64,000 nucleotides of DNA from Spirochaetota bacterium (lineage in GTDB: Bacteria; Spirochaetota; UBA4802; UBA5550): the NCBI GenBank assembly GCA_050298055.1, contig JBNKTL010000008.1, forward strand, positions 56,884-120,883. Direction: 5' to 3'. Shown here piece by piece: positions 48,199 through 55,700 of the stretch (position 1 is its first letter; every line of letters begins with the position of its first letter). The position numbers and the translations under genes are program-made. The notes under the pieces are model-generated. The model saw nothing but the letters and a program-made list of their open reading frames with translations, was not told the origin of the DNA and did no database searches.

Positions 48199-48208
48199 AT
48201 CTTTAATT

Positions 48209-48433
48209 TTACGCTGCATAGAGGTCTACTGAAGTTATTTTCGACAGGGGGATCTTTTTTTCTTTTTTCCCATTTTCCATGGTTACGATCATATCATCTA
48301 TCAGTTTCCTGTTTTTATCAAGATGGATTTCCTTGCCGTTTTTTAGTTGTACGATTATATCGAGTCCCTTTATATTCAGGTACATCTCCAGTGTTTCTCT
48401 GAAAGATTTGTTCTTTTTTCTGGTTTTTCTCAT
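48209..48433 (-). CDS. Small basic hypothetical protein, possible Sm/SH3-like beta-barrel
   Basis: AGGAG RBS; IIVQLKNGKEI...IPLSKITSV pattern; has its own promoter and downstream hairpin. Confidence 0.7.
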   Translation of the reverse strand: MRKTRKKNKSFRETLEMYLNIKGLDIIVQLKNGKEIHLDKNRKLIDDMIVTMENGKKEKKIPLSKITSVDLYAA

Positions 48434-48482
48434 GGTAAACTCTCCTGTAGGTCCTGCCCGGGATTTATATGTGACATAAAAA

Positions 48483-48509
48483 TTATCGGTAATGACAGAA
48501 TTTTGTTTA
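48483..48509 (-). promoter_or_regulatory. sigma28 (FliA) promoter
   Basis: Minus strand TAAA-caaaattctgtcatt(15)-ACCGATAA, one mismatch to TAAA-N15-GCCGATAA. Confidence 0.65.
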
Positions 48510-48516
48510 GTTTTTT

Positions 48517-49455
48517 TTATCTGTCTTCCAGTCCAAGACGCCAGAGGGCCGTGCCCCTGAGGCCGTATTTTTCTGCAAGCCTGGTGAGCAGGGACCGTGT
48601 TTTTTTATCCGAATAGTTTATCCATATCTCTTTTCCGCTTTTCCTGTAGTGAATATCCATTGTACCGGAACTGTGTCTTTTATGCATCCGGCTTCTGGCA
48701 ATGGCAGATGCTGACCGCGCAGAGAGTGCTCTCCCGTTCCTGCCGTTTGTCCACCTGTATCCGTACCCGGGTATTCCCAGCCAGATTTTTTCACCGGGGA
48801 AAAAACGCGCAAAGTATTTAATATTTTTTTCCGCCCATTCATCTCCAGTCACCGGCCCCGGGCCGGTTCTGCTGCTGTGGAGGTCATAGCACATTATGAC
48901 AACCTGGTCCAGGTGGGGAGAAAGAACTGACAGTTTATGAAAACCGGAAAGTTCAATAGGGAAATCTACCTGGGGAAAGAGAGCAGCAGTAAGCTGCCTG
49001 TTGCCCATTCTCATTTTCAAGAGATGCAGAAACTTTCCGAAGGAGGATGAGTATTCCGGGGGGAGGTATTCAAAATCAATATGAATACCTTTAAATCCGT
49101 ATCTGTCGAGAAGTTTTAATATGTTCCTTGTTGATATTTCTGTAAGTTTTTCAGAATTCAGAACTTTCTTCCCGGCCTCAACCGAATGAAATGAAATCAG
49201 CGGAAAAATATACGCTCCTGCTTTTCCCGATATTTCCTTTATCCTCCTCATCTGCCTGGTAAACCTGTATTTCAGAATTCCTTTGCGGGTGATCCTGAAA
49301 CCGGTCAGGGAGATAACAGTGTATTTCCCGATCTGTTTCTCAAAGTTACCTGTATCTGATGAACTGAGAATATATCCCCACTTGGGGGATTTCGCATCAA
49401 GAGGAAAACATAAGAGAAAAGTTGCAGTTAAAAAAAGAAGTATTTTGTTTTTCAT
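48517..49455 (-). CDS. Secreted glycoside hydrolase family 18 protein
   Basis: GIHIDFE, IMCYD, LGIPGYG, LWRLG; ATG 49455 follows GGAGG; the longer track start lies in a MITE. Confidence 0.88.
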   Translation of the reverse strand: MKNKILLFLTATFLLCFPLDAKSPKWGYILSSSDTGNFEKQIGKYTVISLTGFRITRKGILKYRFTRQMRRIKEISGKAGAYIFPLISFHSVEAGKKVLNSEKLTEISTRNILKLLDRYGFKGIHIDFEYLPPEYSSSFGKFLHLLKMRMGNRQLTAALFPQVDFPIELSGFHKLSVLSPHLDQVVIMCYDLHSSRTGPGPVTGDEWAEKNIKYFARFFPGEKIWLGIPGYGYRWTNGRNGRALSARSASAIARSRMHKRHSSGTMDIHYRKSGKEIWINYSDKKTRSLLTRLAEKYGLRGTALWRLGLEDR

Positions 49456-49488
49456 CTTCCTCCCTTCCTGTTGCTTGATAAAAAAAGA

Positions 49489-49626
49489 ATAATTACTCAG
49501 CTGCATATGAAGAATCATATTCATCAAGAAAATAATTGATCTGCCCCGGTTTTCGGCGGCGGGGACATATTACTGATATTTTTTTTGTTAATCCAATTAT
49601 TTTTAGACGAATAGCTGAGTTTAAAA
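49489..49626 (-). mobile_element. MITE copy 9, one hairpin arm damaged
   Basis: ataattactcagct ... ttcggcggcggggacatat ... atagctgagt. Confidence 0.8.
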
Positions 49627-49759
49627 AAAAAATAAAAATGTTGCAATTAAAAACCTGATGTATTATTCTTTGCTTATTAATTAATGGTGACTAATTACAA
49701 GAGAAACAATAATTTTAAATTATTTACCAGGAATTAATGAGAATAATGGAGGATTTAAT

Positions 49760-49981
49760 ATGAAAAAACTTAACTTACTGGCTCTTTTTATGGTTGTTCT
49801 CGTTGGAGGTTTTGTAAAATGTGCAAGTATGGGCGGCATGGACAAGGTTTCCCTCTGCAAGAAAGGTTGTGCATCCAACTATGAAAGCTGTAAAGAAGAA
49901 GCCAAGGGCGATACGAAAAAAGTCGTCGAGTGTGAAGCAAAGAAAGCAGCCTGCGATAAGGGATGCGAAGAGTCCAAGTAA
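49760..49981 (+). CDS. Small Cys-rich putative lipoprotein (73 aa)
   Basis: GGAGG RBS; signal peptide ending FVK-C; CX3CX6CX13CX6CX3C. Confidence 0.8.
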   Translation: MKKLNLLALFMVVLVGGFVKCASMGGMDKVSLCKKGCASNYESCKEEAKGDTKKVVECEAKKAACDKGCEESK

Positions 49982-50110
49982 AATCTTTGCTGAAACAGAG
50001 TTAAGGTCTCTGCTGTTGCAGAGGTTTTTACGCAATATTTTTTTTCGAAGTGGTGGCGGAAATATCCGTCATCACTTTTTCATTTCCCCTGAAAACATGG
50101 ATTGTATTCA

Positions 50111-50410
50111 ATGAGTGAACTTACCGGAAAACAGAAACTTTACCTTAAATCCATAGCCCACCACCTCAAACCGCTTGTACAGGTGGGTAAACTGGGTGTG
50201 AGCGATAACCTTATTACGGCAATGGACCATGTGCTGGAAAAACATGAACTGGTAAAGGTAAAATTTATTGATTTGAAAGATGAAAAAATTGAAATATCCT
50301 GCATTCTCGCGGAAAAAACTTCATCTGCACTGGTTGGAATAATAGGTAATGTTGCCACATTTTATCGAAAGTGCAAAAGTGAAAAAAAGAGAAAAATTTT
50401 CCTTGATTAA
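50111..50410 (+). CDS. yhbY: CRM-domain RNA-binding protein YhbY
   Basis: LTGKQKLYLKSIAHHLKP.VQVGKLG, HELVKVK. Confidence 0.92.
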   Translation: MSELTGKQKLYLKSIAHHLKPLVQVGKLGVSDNLITAMDHVLEKHELVKVKFIDLKDEKIEISCILAEKTSSALVGIIGNVATFYRKCKSEKKRKIFLD

Positions 50411-50516
50411 TACTTGCAGTAATAACACTTCGGTCATTTACTGTTAATATTCTGTGCACCTTCAACAGGGCTGCCGGTTCGTTAACAGCAGCATCGAGAT
50501 TCCCGGAGGAAGTGAA

Positions 50517-51530
50517 GTGAAGAAGTATAATGTTGTTATCCTTGGCGCTACCGGAGCAGTAGGTATTGAGTTCAGAAAGATACTCCTTGAGAGAAATTTT
50601 CCCATTGACAGGATCAGGTTTCTCGGATCATCAAGTGTGGGGCGAAAGGTCGAATTTGGCGGAAGAGAGGTTGAGGTTGAGGCTGTTACAGATGATTGCT
50701 TCAAGGGATTTGATATTGCCCTTTTTTCCGCGGGCGGGACAATAAGCAGGGAGGTGGCGCGGAATGCCGCTGATTCCGGATGTATTGTTGTGGATAACAG
50801 TTCGGCATGGAGGATGGAGCCTGATGTACCCCTGGTTGTTCCGGAAGTAAATCCTCATGATGTTGAAAAACAGAGGGGAATTATTGCCAATCCAAACTGT
50901 TCTACAATTCAAATGGTTGTGGCCCTTAAGCCCATACATGACGCTGCCAGGATCAGGAGGGTGGTTGTTAGTACATACCAGGCTGTTTCCGGTACCGGTA
51001 TCAAGGCCATCGATGAGGTCATGATACAGGCCGGGGATGTTGTCAATAACAGAGAGATCTCACAGGTTGAGGTCTATCCTCACCAGATTGCTTTTAATGC
51101 TCTTCCTCATATTGATGTTTTTCAGGAGAATGGTTACACCAAGGAAGAGATGAAAATGGTTAATGAGACCAAAAAGATAATGGGTGATGACTCAATAAAG
51201 GTCACGGCGACCACAGTAAGAATACCGGTAATTTACGGACACTCCGAATCTGTTAATATTGAAACTGAGAAAAAACTGAGTGTGGCCGAGGTCAGAAGCA
51301 TGATGGAAAATATGCCCGGTGTAAAACTGGTGGATAATCCTGAAAAGAATGAATACCCGATGGCAATAGATTCTGCCGGAAGAGATGAAGTGTTTGTGGG
51401 CAGGATCAGGGAAGATGAGACAATAGAGAACGGCATAAACATGTGGATCGTTTCTGATAATATCAGAAAGGGTGCCGCGCTGAATACAATTCAGATCGCG
51501 GAACTTCTCATTAAAAAAGGTCTCGTTTAG
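50517..51530 (+). CDS. asd: Aspartate-semialdehyde dehydrogenase
   Basis: GATGAVG, DNSSAWRM, IANPNCSTIQ, GHSES, DNIRKGAALN; GTG start after GGAGG. Confidence 0.96.
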   Translation: MKKYNVVILGATGAVGIEFRKILLERNFPIDRIRFLGSSSVGRKVEFGGREVEVEAVTDDCFKGFDIALFSAGGTISREVARNAADSGCIVVDNSSAWRMEPDVPLVVPEVNPHDVEKQRGIIANPNCSTIQMVVALKPIHDAARIRRVVVSTYQAVSGTGIKAIDEVMIQAGDVVNNREISQVEVYPHQIAFNALPHIDVFQENGYTKEEMKMVNETKKIMGDDSIKVTATTVRIPVIYGHSESVNIETEKKLSVAEVRSMMENMPGVKLVDNPEKNEYPMAIDSAGRDEVFVGRIREDETIENGINMWIVSDNIRKGAALNTIQIAELLIKKGLV

Positions 51531-51758
51531 AAAATTATTATTGCTGGTGCACCAGATTTTTCGTTAATTATACTCAGGGCGGTTGATCTTGAGGATAATA
51601 TGATTCAACTTTTTTTATTAATCGCACGAAAATAGTAACAGGAAGAGAACCAGTGTAATAAAAAGTTCCTCATTCCCGCAAATGAGATGTTGAAGATACA
51701 TATTTTCAGGATGTAAATCATTTGGACTCTTTGTAAGCAGTTTCAGGTAAAAAATAAA

Positions 51759-53483
51759 ATGAAAAAGAATATCTTCTACTTTGATCCAACAGTAAAAAAA
51801 ATCTTTGCTGAAAAAGTCAAAGATGACGGTGAAAAGGTGCTTGAACTGACATCACACCATAACTTTGTATCAGGAGCGGAAATCGTTGCCAGAATAATTG
51901 AAATTGATGATGAGGAGCAGATCCCCACGAGACTGGATCCCGGATATAAATTTTACAAGATAACCAACTTTGTCTCCCTCAAGGTTGATCAGGGGATATA
52001 CTATGACCAGGAAGTCCGTGCCTATAAAGCTGCCGATTACGGATTTGTCATTTATAACAACGGGAAACTCAGACTGCTGCCGGCTCTCTCCATAACACGG
52101 GACAGGCTCAAGGCATATTACTTTATTCATCCGACAAAATTCGGTAAGATCCCCACAGTTTCAGAAATTCAGGAATACCTGCATTCAATGCAGATACTTG
52201 CCGGTATAGGTGAAGCGAAGATTGGCGAGCAGCTTGAGAAGATCAATACCGGTGAACAGAAGGTGAGTAAGCTCCTTGTTGCTCAGGGCAAGGCGCCTGT
52301 ACACGGGCACCCGGAATATTACATCCCGACAATCAGCATTGAAAAAAAAGCCGGTGAGATACTCTCTGACGGAAGTATCGATTTTAAGGAAGTCGGTTCC
52401 ATCATACAGATAACCAAGCACCAGGAGATCCTTAAGCGGATACCCGGTGTCAAGGCCCTCTCGGGGTATGACATTTATGGAGATAAAGTCCCTGCTGAAA
52501 CGCGTGAAGCAGAGGGGTATAAAAAAGGGGTAAATATTGTACAATCGGGAGCTGACGAGAATATCTTCTGCGCTGAAATTGACGGATGTATCGTTGTTGA
52601 AAACAATAAGGTATCGGTACTCCCCATTGCTGTCATTAATGGCGATGTTAATTACGATACGGGAAATATCGATTTTAACGGTTCTGTCCATATTAATGGT
52701 TCTGTCATCACCGGTTTTTCCGTAAAGGCCAAGGGTGATGTGATCGTTGAAAAGTCTGTTGAGGACGCAACGATTGAGGCCGATGGGGACATCACAGTCA
52801 AGGAAGGTGTTGTTGGAAAGGAGTATGTGAAACTGATAGCAGGGGGGAACCTCACTGCCAAGTACCTTCTCAATGCCAATGTGGAAGCAGCAGGAGAGAT
52901 CGTTGTTGCGGATTCAATCATTAACTGTACTGTTTTCTCAAACGACAGGGTTTCGGTTATAGATAAGTCGGGTAAAATCATCGGCGGTTCGGTGACTGCA
53001 CTGCATGATATAATTGTTAAAGTCTCGGGTGCTCCAAACGAGACGGAAACGACCCTGAAAGTCGGCCGAAATCTCTTTATTGAAAGGGAACTCAAGGAAC
53101 TCAGGAAAGAAATCGGAACCCTGAAAGAGGATGTTGCAGAGACAATGAGGCTCTTAAAAGTCAACTTCGGTGAAGGAGTCTTTGAAGACCCCAAAAAATA
53201 TATCTCAATCCTCCCTGATATCAAAAAGAAAAAATGCCTTGAGCTGTTAAAGGAACTGGGCAATAAAAACAAAGATCTCAAGGAGCTCATTGCCAAGACA
53301 CAGGAGGTCCAGGAGGGGCTTAAACTGGACCGGGAGCCTGTTATTATCATTACCAACAAGGTCTATCCCGGTACCGTGTTAAATATCAAAAAGAGTGTAA
53401 GAAAGCTGGATAAACCGGCCACCAATGCTAAATTTTATGAAGACCCGGAAGAGAAGGCCATAAGATTTACAGCCGCTACATAG
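51759..53483 (+). CDS. FapA / DUF342 flagellar assembly protein A family
   Basis: AQGKAPVHG, DGSIDFKE, GDVNYDTGNIDFNGSV beta-helix, GKIIGG, VYPG. Confidence 0.85.
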   Translation: MKKNIFYFDPTVKKIFAEKVKDDGEKVLELTSHHNFVSGAEIVARIIEIDDEEQIPTRLDPGYKFYKITNFVSLKVDQGIYYDQEVRAYKAADYGFVIYNNGKLRLLPALSITRDRLKAYYFIHPTKFGKIPTVSEIQEYLHSMQILAGIGEAKIGEQLEKINTGEQKVSKLLVAQGKAPVHGHPEYYIPTISIEKKAGEILSDGSIDFKEVGSIIQITKHQEILKRIPGVKALSGYDIYGDKVPAETREAEGYKKGVNIVQSGADENIFCAEIDGCIVVENNKVSVLPIAVINGDVNYDTGNIDFNGSVHINGSVITGFSVKAKGDVIVEKSVEDATIEADGDITVKEGVVGKEYVKLIAGGNLTAKYLLNANVEAAGEIVVADSIINCTVFSNDRVSVIDKSGKIIGGSVTALHDIIVKVSGAPNETETTLKVGRNLFIERELKELRKEIGTLKEDVAETMRLLKVNFGEGVFEDPKKYISILPDIKKKKCLELLKELGNKNKDLKELIAKTQEVQEGLKLDREPVIIITNKVYPGTVLNIKKSVRKLDKPATNAKFYEDPEEKAIRFTAAT

Positions 53484-53652
53484 TCGTATTACCGCACCAT
53501 ATTTGTTTTTCCCAAAAGAATTGATTATTATTAATGAGTAATTGGTGATTAATACAAAAAAACTAAAGTAAAAGATTTTATTTGACAAAGACTAAAGTCT
53601 GGGATTTCTTGTATCTTTTAAATTAAAAATGAAGACTCCCCGGAGGTAATTA

Positions 53653-53859
53653 ATGAATATGCATCTGGCAACCCCAAATCTTGCTTTTATCGGAGGTCTT
53701 GGCATACCGGAACTGGTTATTATTTTTCTTATAATACTGGTGCTTTTCGGTGCAAACAAGATACCCAAAATCGCCAAGGATATCGGCGGTGGAATCAGGG
53801 AATTTAAAAAGTCGATTTCCGAGTCCGATCATGATGACAAGGATAAGAAGGAATCGTAA
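53653..53859 (+). CDS. tatA: Twin-arginine translocase TatA/E
   Basis: GLGIPEL...LFGANKIP...G.GIREFKK. Confidence 0.92.
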   Translation: MNMHLATPNLAFIGGLGIPELVIIFLIILVLFGANKIPKIAKDIGGGIREFKKSISESDHDDKDKKES

Positions 53860-53989
53860 TTTCTTTTCTGTATCGTTACATTAATAATAAATGACTTTTT
53901 TAGCTTCGTGAAGGATAATTAAGTATGCATTCATGTCAAAAATTATATTCTTTTATTGAAAACGGTTCTTTTCAGGGAGAATTTCCTTT

Positions 53990-54850
53990 ATGATACTCCT
54001 TTTCGGATCTGATACAATAATCGGTGAAGAGGTAAATAACTGTTTTGACGATTCTCTTCATGTCATTCCTGTAAAATCGTCAGATGTCAATATTACCGAC
54101 GGCGATAATCTTGAGAAGATTATTGGCGATTTTCAGCCCACTGTACTGATCAATTGTATTGAATACAGCAATATTGTGCGGGCTGAATATATGAGAGAGG
54201 AAGCGTATAATGTAAACGGTTTTGCGGTAAAGAAAATAGCCGATATATGCTGCCGGGACAATATTAAGTTTATCCATATCAGCACTTCATATATTTTCAA
54301 TGGTGAAAACAGTAATCCTTACAGCGAGGATGATGATCCTGATCCACTCTCTGTTTTTGGTGATTCAAAACTTTTAGGGGAAAAGATGATCAGGGAATCA
54401 GGCTGCAGGTCTTTGATTGTCAGGGTGCCGGATGTGTTCGGTACACGGTCCTCTTTTCTTCAGTCGATTATGAAGAGAGTAAGGAGCTTTGGCAGCATAA
54501 AGGTTATCAGGGGGCAGTACATATCACCCATATCATCAATCGATGTTGCGGAATCTCTTCATGAGATGGTGAAAAACAATTGTGAAGGGATCATTCACAT
54601 CGGTTCATCTGACTTTACAACTGCTTCAAAATTCATACGGGAAGGAATTGATATCTACAACAGGGCAACCGGCAGCAATATTATGTTTGATATAATTGAA
54701 AAGGACTTCAGAGAGTACAGGATCATTGCCGAGAGGCCTCCCTTTAACGTACTGGATCCCTCGAAGTTCTCTTCAATCACCGGCAGTAAGATGAAAGACT
54801 GGAAAAAATCACTGAATGATTTCATTGTCAGGAATGGAGCTAAAATATGA
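53990..54850 (+). CDS. RmlD-like extended SDR with degenerate catalytic and cofactor motifs
   Basis: HISTSYIFNG, PYSEDD.PDPLSVFGDSKLLGE, AERP, W; YxxxK is FxxxK and GxxGxxG is GSDTIIG. Confidence 0.8.
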   Translation: MILLFGSDTIIGEEVNNCFDDSLHVIPVKSSDVNITDGDNLEKIIGDFQPTVLINCIEYSNIVRAEYMREEAYNVNGFAVKKIADICCRDNIKFIHISTSYIFNGENSNPYSEDDDPDPLSVFGDSKLLGEKMIRESGCRSLIVRVPDVFGTRSSFLQSIMKRVRSFGSIKVIRGQYISPISSIDVAESLHEMVKNNCEGIIHIGSSDFTTASKFIREGIDIYNRATGSNIMFDIIEKDFREYRIIAERPPFNVLDPSKFSSITGSKMKDWKKSLNDFIVRNGAKI

Positions 54851-55353
54851 AAAAATATAAAGTTGATGCAAAAGGTGAAGAAATCCTGGAAATCCTGGTG
54901 AAGAATGCCAAGGCAACTGATGATGAAATATCCAAGCAGCTTGATATACCTGTGGAAGAGGTTCGAAAATATATAAAAAAATTTGAAAAGGACAGAATAA
55001 TCCTTGGATATAAGGGGATTATCAACTGGCAGAGAATCAGGCAGCATGATGTAAAGGCCCTTATTGAAGTCAAGGTTCAGCCGCAGAGAAATGTAGGATT
55101 TGATTCCATTGCCGAGACAATATTCAAGTTTTCAGAGGTGACCTCTGTCTCCCTTCTTTCAGGTGGATACGATCTCCTGGTACAGGTGGAGGGTGATAAC
55201 CTCAGGGATGTGGCACTCTTTGTCTCTGAAAAACTCGCCCCTCTCAATGGTGTCCAGTCAACAGTCTCCCACTTTATCCTTAAAAAGTATAAGGAAGAAG
55301 GGATCGTGCTTGTGGACCAGAGTGACAGCAAACGCCTTCCCCTGGCCCCCTGA
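54847..55353 (+). CDS. Lrp/AsnC family transcriptional regulator
   Basis: N-terminal HTH; ALIEVKVQPQR..GFD, SGGYDL, HFILKKYK; 4-bp overlap with the upstream gene. Confidence 0.9.
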   Translation: MKKYKVDAKGEEILEILVKNAKATDDEISKQLDIPVEEVRKYIKKFEKDRIILGYKGIINWQRIRQHDVKALIEVKVQPQRNVGFDSIAETIFKFSEVTSVSLLSGGYDLLVQVEGDNLRDVALFVSEKLAPLNGVQSTVSHFILKKYKEEGIVLVDQSDSKRLPLAP

Positions 55354-55360
55354 TCCGTAC

Positions 55361-55525
55361 CTCTTCTTCCCCGCCCTTCGCTTCTCTGCGGTTCTAACTC
55401 TTCTCTTCACTTCGTGAACTTCTTGCGCTTCGTGATTAACTCTTTCTTTTTATCTTTCTCTGTATCTTCTCTGTGTCTCCGTGGCGTTAAAAGCCTTTTC
55501 GGACCTCGTGTCCTGGCTTTTAAAT
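55361..55525 (+). repeat. Tandem array of about four 9-bp-periodic pyrimidine-rich half-sites
   Basis: cttcgcttctctgcggtt / cttcgtgaacttcttgcgcttcgtgatt / ctctgtatcttctctgtgtctccgtggcgtt / cttttcggacctcgtgtcctggc. Confidence 0.6.
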
Positions 55526-55700
55526 GCGCATCTTCCTGATGCTGTTTGTGGCAAATCTTAAATGATCTATTAAGAAGAATAAAGTTAATGAATTAACACT
55601 GGCTTTTTTCCTTGATATTACCGGAAAAACAGGTATGATAGAGAGGCAGGGCATATGCAGATTGAAAAATAACATGCCTGTGGGTGGTTGAATTTTACCT

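Noticed and set aside
49456..49527. N-terminal extension of the GH18 ORF
   Set aside because: Runs into MITE copy 9; the RBS and signal peptide fit ATG 49455.
4624..49570. CRISPR interpretation of the recurring GC hairpin
   Set aside because: Copies are dispersed over tens of kb, not regularly spaced, carry TIR/TSD, and no cas genes are present.
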